This document shows positions 1 through 13,168 of a DNA stretch of 64,000 nucleotides, piece after piece. How positions within the stretch are numbered: the stretch's first letter is position 1; every line of letters starts with the position of its first letter. The translations under genes and the position numbers were made by a program. Source of the stretch: Octopus vulgaris (taxonomy: Eukaryota); the NCBI GenBank assembly GCA_951406725.2, contig OX597817.1:103044001-103108000 (forward strand), given 5' to 3'. The notes beneath the pieces were generated by a model, which had not been told where the DNA came from, made no database searches, and saw only the letters and a list, made by a program, of their open reading frames with translations.

Positions 1-911
1 GACAGAATACCACAAGCATCCATATCACTGAGATGGACAACGATCTTTTTACTCCAACCATTCATCCGAGACTTCTGGTGATTTGCTGTGACACATCACG
101 CTAAGTAAATCTTGGTTGTTGTCAGTGCCAGTGACATGTAAAAGGCACCTGTGCCAGTGAGATGTAAAAGTTACTTGTGCCAGTGACTTGCAAAAGGCAT
201 TCATGTTGGTGATATGTAGAAGGCACCCAGTATACTCTGTGGAGTGTTTGGCATTGGGGAGGGCATCGAGGCATAGAAACCAAACCCTAACAGACAACAG
301 AAGCCTGGTGCAGCTATCTGGCTTACCAGTTTGTCAAACCATCTAATCCATGCTAGCATGGAAAACAGATATTAAACAATGTTTAGGACTATGTGGTTGG
401 GAAAATGTGCAGAATGCTCTTTTTTTATAGTTTCTTTCCGCAGAGAGCTTAACCTTCCATCTATCATTTTCATACGGAGATAAACACAGAAACCTTCCAG
501 AAATACTCAATATCTAAGCAGTGATATTAGATTATATCACTATTTAAAGCAGAGATTATGTACCCATGTATTACACATGCACACCAATGAACTGAATATC
601 ATTCCAATCACAGGCTGGTGCACAGTAAATGAGCTCTGAGGTCAGAGGAAATTCAAGTGAAGTAGAATGATTAAGATTCATTTTGACATACTGAATAGGT
701 CACACTAATGGTAGTCTACATTTGCCATTGATTAGACATCACTAATCAAAGCCACATTTAATGTTCAAGGTGCATGAAAGATTCTGAGATGTTCAGGTTA
801 GTATTAACATTATGAATGTAAAAAAAACCTAAAAAAGAAATACTTCTGCTGTGAAGAAAAGGCAATAATAGTTCAATAAGTAATATATTATTTTAACCAT
901 TATGGGAAACA

Positions 912-956
912 AGACCAAACATGTTTCAGTCCTATTAGACCTCGTCAGTGATGTCT
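912..956 (-). ncRNA. Minimal (Penelope-type) hammerhead ribozyme-like motif
   Basis: Minus strand reads AGACATCA-CTGACGA-GGTCT AATA GGACT-GAAAC-AT-GTT-TGGTCT: intact CUGANGA and GAAA boxes, stem II, palindromic ACAUGU stem III, GUU site, and a stem I with a 2-nt bulge. Confidence 0.55.
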
Positions 957-1378
957 ATACTTGCCCAAATAGTGAGGAGAGAATCAATGACAAAACAGAC
1001 AATGCCATTGTAGGGTAATTGTGAGACACCAGATATCAACAGTTTGAACATAAAAGAGGCAGAATATGAATGGATTAAATAATATATCACCAACATCATT
1101 TAGAGATGTGTTTGTAGCCATGACTGCATAGTTAAGTAATTTGCTACATAATCACATGGTTCTGGGTTCAATCTTCCTGAGCATGTCGTCTACCATAACC
1201 TCAGGTTGAATAATGTATCGTGAGAGAAATTAGGTGAATGGAAAATGTGAAATAGTTTCCATCTACTTGTCACTGTGCACACATATTATATTTACTCATA
1301 AAGAAGTTGCACTTTTTAAACTTCAATTACAAAAATCAGTCATATAATTTATACACTGAGATATCTTACATTATAAAT

Positions 1379-1542
1379 AAGGTGATGAGCTGGCAGAATC
1401 TTAGCACACTGGTCTGAGTTCAACTTTGCTTTCATTCTTTGGTAGGTTGATAAAATAAGTACCAATTGAGCACTTGGGTCGATGTAATTGACTCAGCCCA
1501 TCCCCCAAAATTACTGGCCTTGTGCTAAAATTTTAAACCAAT
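1379..1542 (+). mobile_element. SINE, family B (related copies ~3592-3780 and ~40488-40683)
   Basis: Shared GAGCTGGCAGAA...GAGTTCAA...GATAAAATAAGTACCA...GGCCTTGTGC sequence seen three times in the window, with A/B-box-like motifs. Confidence 0.7.
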
Positions 1543-4090
1543 TTATGTCTTATAATTCCAACAACCCAACCTCGTTTTTAAATAAAATTAAAACATATAA
1601 CAGAATATCTTGAAGTAAATAAAGTTATAATAGTTTAGGCTAACCATGACAAATGCATTTATTTTGAGATATTGATGAAATGATTTATTTACATATTCCT
1701 CAATGCTTCTTTATTTGAATTCTAAATATAGACAATTTTTGTCATTTCATTTAATATAATTAACTTCATTAGCCAGCATATGTTGAATGAATTTATATAT
1801 ATTATTCTTGTCACAACCTAATAACCAACTTAGTAGATTGAAAATCAAATGAACCAATGAAGGAATCTCAATACAGTTGCTAGACCTGCTAGAAATGGAA
1901 GTCAAGTCTCTCTAAAATCACAAACATTGAATAATGTAGTTCAAGATAGATAAGAGAAGATGGTTATGTCTGGAATACTTTTTCATAGGTCTGCATGATG
2001 AGAATTAATTTGGTGCAAGCATGATCATACAATTAAAAAGTTTGCTTCACAGACCCCATAGTTACATGTTCAAACCCACAGCACAGCACCTTGGACAAGT
2101 GTCATCTACTACATCCTCAAGTTGGCCAATACCTAGTGAGTAAAGTTTGCTACATGAAAGCTGTGTGAGCTGTCTTGTAAATGCATATGTGTATCTTTTG
2201 CTGAAAGCTGTTCATAATGGATGCAAAAAGCAATACAAAGTGATATGTATCCTGCCTTAGTTGCATAGGTACACCCTTATTAACCTCATCAGAAATGCAA
2301 TATATAAGTGCTTGGCTCACTGAAAATTTGTATCCAAGAACACTGTACATAAAATGCATCAAAAATTTTTAACACCATTTTTTAAGGTCAAATTTATGGG
2401 GATGACTATTACATGAATACTACTTTTGAGGGGCTGAAATTTAAACTAGAATTCAAAGTACTGTATCAGCAGCAGAAGCCCAATCTATCTCTAAGCGAAT
2501 AAAAACAAAAACAAAGTGAATTACAGTAATGTACCAATTCTATGCATCAAAGCACACATCCTAGTAAATAACAAGACCGCGTAGCTCTTATAAATATTTA
2601 CACTTTGTTTTATTTGTATCCATCAAACTTAACAGACTAGCTGAGTGAAATCAATTTATATCTCATAACATTAATGCATTTCGGCCTTAATGCTATCATA
2701 TTCACACTCACGATCAGTTGCCATTTTGTGGAATATGTTTACCACACGATTCTTATAAGGAAAATAGTGTGTCATGTTCTGTGTATATGTCATCCCCCAC
2801 AGAAATGGAAAAAAAAAAGTTGTAAGACGTCATATGCAGTTACCACTAAATGCCCATAATATGGTGTAGAGTTATTAATCTGGACCAGAGTTCCACATTT
2901 TAAAAAATGTCAAAGGATTGCACGGTAAAAAAAGCTTGGGAACCACTGATTTAGCAATTAACTAAATGTTTAGGCTCACCGAAGTCATAGTGTTGTTCAC
3001 TGATAGTGCTGTCTGTGAAACAGGTTTCTCACTATGTAAACAGATGCATGTATTTATTGTACTTGGAGACGAGGAAAATATAAAGGTCACTTGGGAACCA
3101 CTGATCTAGCAATTAATTGAATGTTTTTAGGTTTACTAAAGTCATGCCTTTTCTATTTTTTACTTGTTTCAGCCATCAGATTGTGGCCATGCTAGGGCAC
3201 TGCCTTACAAATTCAGACAGTGGCATTAACCAATGTTCATCAACAGCACTGTCTGTGAAACACATTTCTCACCATGTAAACGAGTGTATGATGCTTGAAG
3301 ATGTATGCAGGCTTGTAGTATATCCTGTGCATACATTTTAGCAATGGTGATGTAGCACCCATCAACAGATGTGTAATGCTCACTATCCACCTATAGAGCA
3401 GTCTACAGTAAGGTAGCTACACAATTTTGTAACAGTCTTATTTCTATGAACAGGATAATATGGTACCTTGACCCACAAATGTCTTGTTGTTTGTGAAATA
3501 CTAGGGGCTATGGAAAATTCCCAATTTTTTGGCCAAAAATAGGGGATTGACTATTACTGGAGTATATACAGTATTTCTTGCATGCACACACATGATGAGC
3601 TGGCAGAACTGTTAGAGCACTGGACAAAAATGCCTAGCAGTATTTCTTCTGAATTCAAATTCTGCCAAAGTTGACTACCTTTCATTTCAGGATTGATAAA
3701 ACAAGTACCAATTGAACACTGGGGTTGATGTAATTCACTAACCTCCTCTCCCCTAAGCTACAGGCCTTGCACCAAAATCTCCAGTTTTATTTAAATATAT
3801 ATATATATATATATACATACACACACACACACATTGCCATGATGAGTTGATGTATAGGCAAGTTCTCAGTGAATTCCTGTTACATCTACCGGTAGTCTAA
3901 CACACAAGTAATCCATGGAAACAGTTGGACTCAACAATGCAAAAGCTGAAAGAAATACCATAGATATCTCTTCTGATACTCTGTTTCCACCAGTCTATCA
4001 TTCCAGACTGGTATTTTATTCAATATATCTAAATTTCATCCAACTACCTAACTGCTTTAGCTACAATTACATATTGGAACTTCCATATAC

Positions 4091-4430
4091 TCTTTTACTC
4101 TTTTTACTCTTTTACTTGTTTCAGTCATTCGACTGTGGCCATGCTGGAGCACTGCCTTTAGTCAAGCAACTCGACCCCGGGACTTATTCTTTGTAAGCCC
4201 AGTACTTATTCTATCGGTCTCTTTTGCCGAACCGCTAGGTGACGGGGACGTAAACACAGACACACATACATATATATATATATACATATATACGACAGGC
4301 TTTCAGTTTCCGTCTACCAAATCCACTCACAAGGCATTGGTCGGCCCAGGGCTATAGCAGAAGACACTTACCCAAGATGCCATGCAGTGGGACTGAACCC
4401 GGAACCATGTGGTTGGTTAGCAAGCTACTA
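4091..4430 (-). mobile_element. tRNA-derived CORE-type SINE, family A
   Basis: Reverse complement has a GGTTCCGGGTTCAGTCCC B-box, a CTTGGGTAAGTG core, a microsatellite, and a GACTGAAACAAGTAAAAGAG tail; many copies in the window. Confidence 0.8.
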
Positions 4431-5199
4431 TGTGCATCCCATGACAGATGGAAAATGGATGTTACATGATGATATATTTTATAGACACCAAACACCATCT
4501 TACATTGGACAAATTCAGTGGTGTATTAATGACAATTTTCAAACTTGAGCATGAAAAAGTTAAGAACTGCAATTGTGAAATTCCAATACTGAATTGGAAT
4601 ATAGAAAAAGAAAGCTAAAGCAGAAGTTGAAATAAAGACTTAATTTAAAAGTCAATTAACTGCATGATTTATATTTATCCTAATTCAGTGGGCCAATCAT
4701 TGGTTCACTACAATTGTGATGGCAGTGCAAAAAAGGACTGTGAAACTTCAGCAAAACACATGGAGCATTTCCCTTCACAAACAGTTTTATAAAAAGGTAT
4801 TCCCACCCACACAATAGGCTTCAGCACCATCAACAAAATTCCATTCACTATAACTGGGTGAATCTAAAGCTTTGGTAAAAAAAAACAAAAAAAAAAACTG
4901 TCCAAAGTGGTAAGCAGTGAAATTAAACTTGAAAAATGTGGTTGGAAAGCAAACTTCTTAACTACACATAATTGCTATTATAAACTTTTGGCATGCAATT
5001 GCAGGGTATAATAGCTAAATTGAGTGATTTTCTCTCACCTTCCAGCAAATACTGCACAATCAGTAATATTTAGATTAAAAAACTTCTAGAAATGTGTGAG
5101 TGATATATGCTTGAGTTTTCCAGACTGATGCCAGGACCCACACAAAAATTAGAAAGAAGACAGAAATAGATTGAGTATATATGCATATTTATACAAAAT

Positions 5200-5820
5200 T
5201 ATATTTGAAGAGACAAACATGCGTTCAGAGAAAACTGCATGATACAGCTGAAGAAGAAATCAATGTCTTTCAAGAATGAATAATTGTGATGAGAATAAAT
5301 CCAACACCATCATATGATATTTCATTACAGACACATTGTAACATGTATGTAGCTTGGATAGAGTGCTTTGACAACAGTTTGAACATTTAAAGACAAATTT
5401 TCATGTTACCAATACATTCAAGTACTCACATGGAAACCAATTCTAGTCATGATAAATTCGTATGTAGTCTTTCAGAGATATATTACAAAATAATTTTAAA
5501 GATAGCTACAACACACAAGCATGGAAGTTTCTAGTGATAAAGCTTTGATTGTGTACAGGAACCAATTGGAATTTAAACAGTATACTGAATTAAAACCTAG
5601 AAAAAGACAAATTAAAGCCCGAGTCTGATCCAATCCAGATCATGGCTACATTCATACTAGAGAAAAGTTCTGAAGTAAAGATGATATAGCATTGTACTGG
5701 ATTTATTGGAACTTCCATTTCATATAGGATGACATGTTCACAGTGACAGCCCTTTCACCTTTACAGACTTATTCCTGAAACTTGGGGATGGAGTGAAGGG
5801 AACAATAATATGTGGAACAA
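5200..5820 (+). mobile_element. Decayed piggyBac (PGBD-like) transposase fragment
   Basis: About 5523-5620 translates EVSSDKALIVYRNQLEFKQYTELKPRKRQIKA, resembling the piggyBac motif xSIDExMxxFKGRxxxKQYxPxKPxKxGIK; stops and frameshifts around it. Confidence 0.6.
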
Positions 5821-5890
5821 TGGAATTTAACAGAAAAACAAATACTAAGTAAGAGAATATTATTCTATATTTTTGAGATGAGGAATTATG

Positions 5891-6209
5891 TACATTATTT
5901 ACAATGGAGGGAAAGGTGCCTTCATCCTGTTTGTTATCACGTTTCAGATGATGTACTCTCCAGCCTTCATCAGGTGTTCTGCTGCAATTTCAAACCCAAC
6001 CCTTTGACTAATGGGGTACACTGTTCTCATTCCAAAGGTAAGTTGCTGATGTTATTTTTCTGTCAATATTATTTTTGAAATCACTAGTCAAATAAAGGGT
6101 TTGGTTCAAATTCCAGCAGAACCCTGATGAAGGCTAGAGAGTACATCAGCTGAAACATGGTAACAACAAACAAGATGAGGACACCTATCCATCCATTGTA
6201 AATAATGTA
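5891..6209. repeat. Fold-back inverted repeat (arms 5891-6010 / 6085-6209), Penelope pLTR-like
   Basis: Arms are reverse complements; each contains CTGATGA-AGGCT...-GAAAC. Confidence 0.8.
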
Positions 6210-7558
6210 AGAGAATATCAACAAAACAAAATAAAATAAACAAGGTGACTATAAACAGTACCAATAACACCAGTGCTGTTACCATATTCAGAAAGATAAG
6301 AGGAATTCAATGCTCTTGTCAACAAATACAAACTCATTTTCCCCAGAAGCATACGTAAATATGGTAAATTTTGCTGATCAATTAAAGTCAAGTTTGCAAC
6401 TAAGTAGAAAATGCATGGAATGGTGGATTTTTGTTTTTTATTCACTTGTATGTACTGTTAATGCATTATAGATTGATGTATGAGTAATGATTATTTAACA
6501 TCAACAATGAGCAACAGGCATCAAAAATAGAGTCAACCAGAGTCCCCAATGTAACTGGCATGCCAGAGTCTCAGAGAAAAAAAGTAGAGCAGAAATAACA
6601 TTCCCCATGATGTAAACAGCCATTTGTATAGGAGGGAAAAAAATATTCAGAGTTAAGCAACATATGCCAATGACTGGTCGCAGTACTTGCCAGATAAACT
6701 TATGTATTGATTGATTTAATCCACACCACATGGCTAATTTTTTGATATTTATGTTAAGTATAATTTCCACCCCTCCCCCAAGTTAAAATTTTGATTCCAT
6801 TGTTTTATATAGCTGGTTTCATTATTTTAAAGTTGTTTGCTACATTTTCTACGCAGTCTTGTAATTATATATATATATGGAAAGAAATTAATAATCTCGA
6901 GCAAACATGATTATTTTTACAGAAGTAATAAAGTTGAAGCAGTGAGAATTTATCCGAGAGGTATTTATTAGCAAATGTCTTTAAATTTTCTCCAGGCACA
7001 AGGTAGACAGCTTGTTATGTCATTCAGGCGTAAGGGATATCAAAGGGAAGTAAGTCATAGTGCTTAAAGAATCAATCACCTATCTGTTGAAATCCCTAGG
7101 AAACACATCTGTGAAAAATAGCTCTTTATTTTCTCAAATTGTTTTTATTAGGCATTGGCTTCAGATAACATCATTGTATTACATTACCCTTTAAATCAAA
7201 TTCATTTCATGAAATAAAAAAATTGGGGGGGATGGGGGGAAAACTGTAAATAATGTGAATAAATAACTCAGCATATGTTATAAGGGAAGGAAAATAAATC
7301 ATGAAAAAAAAATAGTGGTAATGCTTACACACATGCAACAATAAATATTGCAATGGTGCTATTAATCTTACTGTATATATCAACAATAGATACATGGTAG
7401 GTTGTCATGCCTGAGTCCAACCCCCTTTTACTCAATAAAAAGGGAGAAGAAAATTCAAAGAAAAAAAAAATCAACAACTTCAGCTGTCTTAAAAAAGTCC
7501 AATATTTAATATCTTTACAGTCAGATAACTTGGTCTAACTGCTGTTACTACATGGTCT

Positions 7559-7564
7559 TCATAT
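7559..7564 (-). CDS. EIF1A: eIF1A coding exon 6 (ATA TGA; final Ile + stop), followed by 3' UTR
   Basis: Minus strand reads tttatttatttgcag|ATA TGA; phase 0 matches the exon 5 donor; same 6-nt terminal coding piece as vertebrate EIF1AX. Confidence 0.8.
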   Translation of the reverse strand: M

Positions 7565-7699
7565 CTGCAAATAAATAAATAAATAAACTTAATATTAATA
7601 ATTTCCTTTAAAAATTAAGTATTATACACTCAATTTACAGTTTAGTTAATTCATTTATTGAATGGAACCTATTTGTAGGTTAATATCATTAAACTAATT

Positions 7700-8800
7700 G
7701 TTATTAGTTACTCTGAAGATTGAAAGGTCAACAGATTTGCCAGAGCAAACTTTTGTCATGGAAGAAGCAAGACATCTTATTTTATATAGTTTTTTATGTT
7801 ACACTATTTGAAGATTGCAAGAGGAATGGATAACAGCTTTGACAAGAATATCAGGGATGCTCGTGATCAAAAAAGTGGTGCAGCACCATCTTATACTAGG
7901 ACAAACCTGTACTTCAGTTACAGATATCAACTGTTCAAATACACTTACATTTTCCTATTGTAGGCCCCAATACAAACTATCATTCTCCTCAAGGACTTCT
8001 TTTATAAGGTGAATTTCACAACTGGATACCCTTCAATTTTTGTAATAATAGACACAACAAAGTAGCTCATTTGTACGAACAGCTATTCAAATCATTTCTG
8101 CTCTCAGTCAAGATTCTGTTGCCTTTCTGTATCTATGAGAACTTAAGAGTCCCCAAGAACATGAAAAGCAATGCAGTGTTTCTTAGTAAAATTACTTAAG
8201 CCAGAAGATGAATGATAATAAAATCAAATTCCTTGTTTTTTTTCTTAATAACAGATGTTAATGATGATCCACATAGCAAGGGTAGGTTTTGCTTATTCAC
8301 TAAAATGATTCAAGTATTGGTTTCCAGTTTGTTCACTGTCTAGCTTTTTGTTTTTTAAAAGTAATTTTGATAACTGATCCCAAGTGATGGCAAGAACAGT
8401 CCAAAGGGGCTTGTAGTTAACTGCCTTGTAACTCAAGTAACCAATCATCTTCAGGGATAACAATGGGGTTGTAAAATATGTTTCTATATGTGAAGTGTTG
8501 GTATAGTCTGGAAGTAATACACTTGTAAAGAGTACAGATCCTCTTCAACATCAGTTGCACTTACATGAATTTGCATGATCCTAATCCTCCATGCTGTTTT
8601 CCATGGTACATGAAAGTTTTTCTTAATGACAGCCAAGTATGTCTCTACAGGGTGACACTGCAGCTTCAATATCACTGAGGCATCTAAAGTAGGGTGTCAG
8701 TAACCACCTCCCTATTTCTCCCATAGAGTTAACTTGTCTTTCTCTAATGTTATCTGTATAGGGAGTTTATTGTGTAATCTTTCTTTAGTAGATTGTTCTT
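7700..8800 (-). mobile_element. Highly decayed CR1/L2-like LINE (APE endonuclease region)
   Basis: Only weak minus-strand motifs resembling DILAVTETWL and RGGG around 8620-8725; many stops. Confidence 0.35.
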
Positions 8801-9586
8801 TCCAGGACATATTCAATATGGCACAAAGCAAACACATATAAGTACTATCCAGCATAATCTCAAGTCTGTTGATTAGTGTTCAGGCGAAAGAGCTACAAAC
8901 GAAACTTGAGTGACTTGAATGTTTTCTATATTTGTCCAGTTCAGCAAGTCTTTCTGAATTCATTTGATTTCTAAGAACTTTCTCAATGTGTGTGTGTGTG
9001 TTACAATTGTGTATCATTATGTTAGAGATCTTATCTGCAGTAGCTGTTACTTTAATACTCTGGCAATTCTGCACTAATTTTTGGGAAAGGGAAATTATTG
9101 CCTTTAGTTTATTTGTACACAGATTAACTGCTCCAGTTTTCCAGACCTTAGAATGTATACTGATCAAACCATGAACCTCCCAATTTTTGATTTTAGTTAG
9201 AGCTGCTGGAAGTACATTTCCTATGACTTTACCTCAGCTTGTCAGTGATGATCGTAGTTTTTCCAACAAAACTCTTAAAGTAGACTAATATTAACATTGA
9301 CCTTCAGAGTCTCGATGCTCTAACTGATTTTTAAAGTGTACAGATTTACTCATCTCCAAAAATTTTGAATTAAATATTTGTTAACGTAGTGAACATCAGT
9401 AATAAAATTATTTAGAAATAGCAAGTTAGCAGAAATCACAGCATATCTAGCTAAAAGCATTGCAGTATTTAGTCATTCCCCACAAAATTTCAAATCATAC
9501 TACATATACTTCAATGAGCACTCATGAAACTTCAAGATTCTAAATTGTCAATATTACAAGATTGAAAAAAATATATATAATCTTAC

Positions 9587-9675
9587 TTCTTCTATTTCCT
9601 CATCATCTCCATCAAAATCATCGAAAGTGATGTTGTCATCTTCACCTTCTTCCCAAACATTCTCATTAATTTTAA
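9587..9675 (-). CDS. EIF1A: eIF1A coding exon 5 (89 nt; (V)KINENVWEEGEDDNITFDDFDGDDEEIEE)
   Basis: ttttgtag acceptor, gtaaga donor; encodes the acidic C-terminal tail of eIF1A. Confidence 0.93.
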
Positions 9676-9970
9676 CTACAAAATAAAAAGAAATATGCAT
9701 AAATTTTTTTAAACAAAACTATTTTTATGTAATTAAAGATGTATACAGATATTAATATAAATTTAGAAATAGGTGTCTTTGGCTGAGTAAACAAAAGAAA
9801 TATATATGATACTGAACTAGATTACATGTAAATTTTAGAGATAATTTTTACAACTTTACAAGCAAAACCACATTTATTAATCAGCATGTTGGATGTTTTA
9901 GCTAAGCTAGGCATGGTTGTGTAGATGAGAGGATTGCTTCCCAACTGTGCAGTTTTAGATTCAGTCCCAC

Positions 9971-10311
9971 AGTACAGAATCTCAGGCAAGTGTTTTTTCA
10001 CTACAGCTCCAAGCTGGTGAAAGCCTTGTAAATGGATATGCAAAGTACACTTGGGATATAATATATATTGTTACCATCATTCATAGACATGCACCAATCA
10101 AATTGGTTGCTTGTGTCAAGATTGTTTGAATCTCCTTGCCAGTACAGAATCTCAGGCAAGTGTTTTTTTCACTACAGCTCCAAGCTGGTGAAAGCCTTGT
10201 AAATGGATATGCAAAGTACACTTGGGATATAATATATATTGTTACCATCATTCATAGACATGCACCAATCAAATTGGTTGCTTGTGTCAAGATTGTTTGA
10301 ATCTCCTTGCC
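9971..10311. repeat. Near-perfect ~170 bp tandem duplication
   Basis: 9971-10140 is repeated at 10141-10311; the only difference seen is one extra T in a T-run. Confidence 0.95.
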
Positions 10312-10834
10312 AGTATCTCAGAAATTACTGAAGCTAGGAATTAAAATGTTTTAGCAGTGATTAATACACAAAAAAATAATGTGTTCCCTTCAAAATGTTG
10401 CCTTTTTGTTGTGGAGTGAACTGACACCTCCTCTCATGAATGTCAGTGGACTAGACGAGTCTATAAATAGATGAGCCAGTAGACAGTTGAGATCAAACTG
10501 TGAGGGCATTAGTCTCATTGATTCTGCATTGGAGTATCGGATTGTTACTGTGAGAACAGTTATAAGATAACCAACTCTTGTTACATTGCTTATTGTTATA
10601 CGGTTATATTTGGTACTGTGATATATTATCTATCACACACCATACATCACCACTGACAATATAACACTTTTTAAGAAAGCTATTTAGATATTAAGTGCAT
10701 GTCCCAGCAGTATCAATTTGGTATACAAAATTAGTTACACAAGAAATTAAATGCACACAGGTATATAGAAACTTTTTCATATAATCTTATATATAACAGT
10801 TAAAACTACCAAAGACATATAAATACTGACAACC

Positions 10835-11016
10835 ACATAAGCGCAGCTGTTTGGTAAGCTTGCTTCCCAATCACATGGTATCAGGTTCAGTCCAACTACA
10901 TGACACCTTGGGGCAAGTCTTCTCATATAGCCTCAGGCTGATCAAAGCCCTGTGAGTGGATCTGAGAGACAGAAACTGCAAGAAGCCTGTCATATGTATA
11001 TATGTGTGTGTGTGTG

Positions 11017-11054
<38 letters not shown>

Positions 11055-11281
11055 CATACGTCTTTGTGTCTGAGTTTGTCCCACCACCACTGCCATTTGA
11101 CAATTGGTGTTGATGTCTTTACATCTCCATAACTTAGTGGTTTGGCAAAGAGGCTGATAGAACAAGTACCAGGTTTCAAAAAAAAAAAACAAAAAAAAAA
11201 GAAAAGTACTGGGTCAGTTCACTCAACCGAAATGCTTCAAGGTGGTGACTCAGCATGGTCACAGTCTAATGACTGAAACTT
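10835..11281 (+). mobile_element. SINE family A, near full length
   Basis: Head GGTAAGCTTGCTTCCCAA..GGTTCAGTCC, core CCTTGGGGCAAGTC, (TA)n, and tail AATGACTGAAAC. Confidence 0.8.
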
Positions 11282-11289
11282 GTATGTAT

Positions 11290-11337
<48 letters not shown>

Positions 11338-11715
11338 CTTTTAATTGTTGGGATATAGCTTTCAGAAGTCAATGATATTGACCTCAGTACTCTGGTGTTC
11401 ATTTTTCTACCTTCTAAGGGACAAAACCAAGTCAATCTTGCCTTGTTTAATACTGCAATCATTTCTTCTGATTACATAAAATGCAGTCATATCTACCAGA
11501 ACTCTACTTGTTTTATAAACAATGTAGAATGTAAATTATCTTTGATACAAATTTTTAATTACAAAATTCTTTGTATCCATACTCCCACTTGTACTTGGGC
11601 CATCTGCTTTAGTTTCTGTTAACATTTCAACAACACATTAACACTAGTGATAATTCAAAAACACACACACATTTATATATGATGTTGATAATGATATATA
11701 TGTTAAAGATATTAC

Positions 11716-11848
11716 CTGAATCAGGTAACTCTCCATAAGCTCTTAAATTTCTAGCTTCATCTGGTGTGTATTTAAGAATAACATCTGCTTTTGCATCTTG
11801 ATATTCCCGTAAACCCAATAATATAATATCTCCAGCATTTATCCACAC
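11716..11848 (-). CDS. EIF1A: eIF1A coding exon 4 (133 nt; [44 protein letters not shown])
   Basis: Canonical eIF1A sequence; ttttgtag acceptor, phase-1 gtaat donor. Confidence 0.97.
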
Positions 11849-12379
11849 CTACAAAAGGTTAAATAAAAAGAAATACAGTAATTTTTAAAGAAAATTTCTT
11901 GTAAATATTCAATAAACCTTGATGTAAAATTTTTATTTAGAAAGAAGAATGAGTTAAAGATTAAAAAAAAAAACATCTTTGGACATTTAGATGCAATGTC
12001 GAAAGGACTCTACCATTAATCAACATTGGACCAAGTCAAAATCAGCAAGCAGCACCTACATTCCCTTAATTGATTACAATAATAGAGAACCTGACTGGTA
12101 ATAATTTTATCAAGACTGAAAAGACAAAAAGCAAAGCCAAGACCAATGGGATTTGAACTGAGATGTTGAGAGCTGTATCAAATACAGCAAAGCATTTTGT
12201 CCAATGATGTAATTATTCCGCTGACCCTAGTCAATTTTTATTTCATAGACTGGGATACTGTTGTAGCAAAATTGAAAACTGAGAGAAAAATTCCAATACA
12301 GCAGACATCAGAAAGTTTGTTAAAGACTGAAAAACACCAATACTTGGCTTCTCTGGAGTGGAGTGACACATCAGCAAAA

Positions 12380-12850
12380 TATATGAAACTTTATATTATT
12401 TTCTTGTGTAGCCACTTTCCATTTGTTTTTCAAGCTTTTCAGCACCATGTAACAAAACTGACTCTGTGGAGACAAACAACCTAATTTTCAATTTGCATGC
12501 CATCTTAGAACTCCAGAACGTTATATGGAGAGCTCATTTAATCAATGACCAGCTTTATCAAGATCTACCCAAAGTGACAGAAGATTCAGCAAAGAATGAG
12601 AACTGCTGGTCATGTGTCAGGCATCAAAAAGAATCTGTCTCAACTGAGACCAGTTGACACGCAGATTCTAGGGTGCAGTCAGTTGAAGGAAAAATCATTA
12701 GGAGAAGAAAACGCCTAACCCACGTGGATAACTTGCTTCATGGCAGTGCAATGGCAAATGATGACAAATTAAGAACATGCATGCGGGACCATGATGGATA
12801 GTATGCTCAACTGAAATCACTGAAGCATCCAAATGGACAACCAAACTAAC
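12380..12850 (+). mobile_element. Decayed RTE-clade LINE ORF2 C-terminus
   Basis: WRAHLINDQLYQDLPKVTE...AGHxxRH-like motif (frameshifted), typical of the RTE C-terminal region. Confidence 0.55.
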
Positions 12851-13064
12851 TCACATACTTAATTACATCTGATATGTAATGCTCAAAGCATTTAATATTT
12901 TTACAATTTCATGCAGACTAAATAAACCTTAAATCACTGGCTAGTTGAACAACATTACAAGAACAAAAAGTTACTAGCGTATTTACAATCTCTATTTGTG
13001 AAACTAAATTTTAATCCTGTTGAATATAAATAAAAAGAACAAAAATAAAGTTTTTGAAACTTAC

Positions 13065-13168
13065 TTTTTTTCTCAATTTTCCTCTGATGTGACACAAACG
13101 CCGGTTTCCATCAAAGCAAATGGCTTCTAATCGACCATTTCCAAGCATTTTGGCAACTTGTGCATATT
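13065..13168 (-). CDS. EIF1A: eIF1A coding exon 3 (104 nt; (E)[34 protein letters not shown])
   Basis: OB-fold signature; tttttag acceptor, gtaagt donor. Confidence 0.97.

Noticed and set aside
11627-11715. C-terminal extension GNIFNIY... of the eIF1A exon 4 ORF
   Set aside because: Intron read-through past the gtaat donor.
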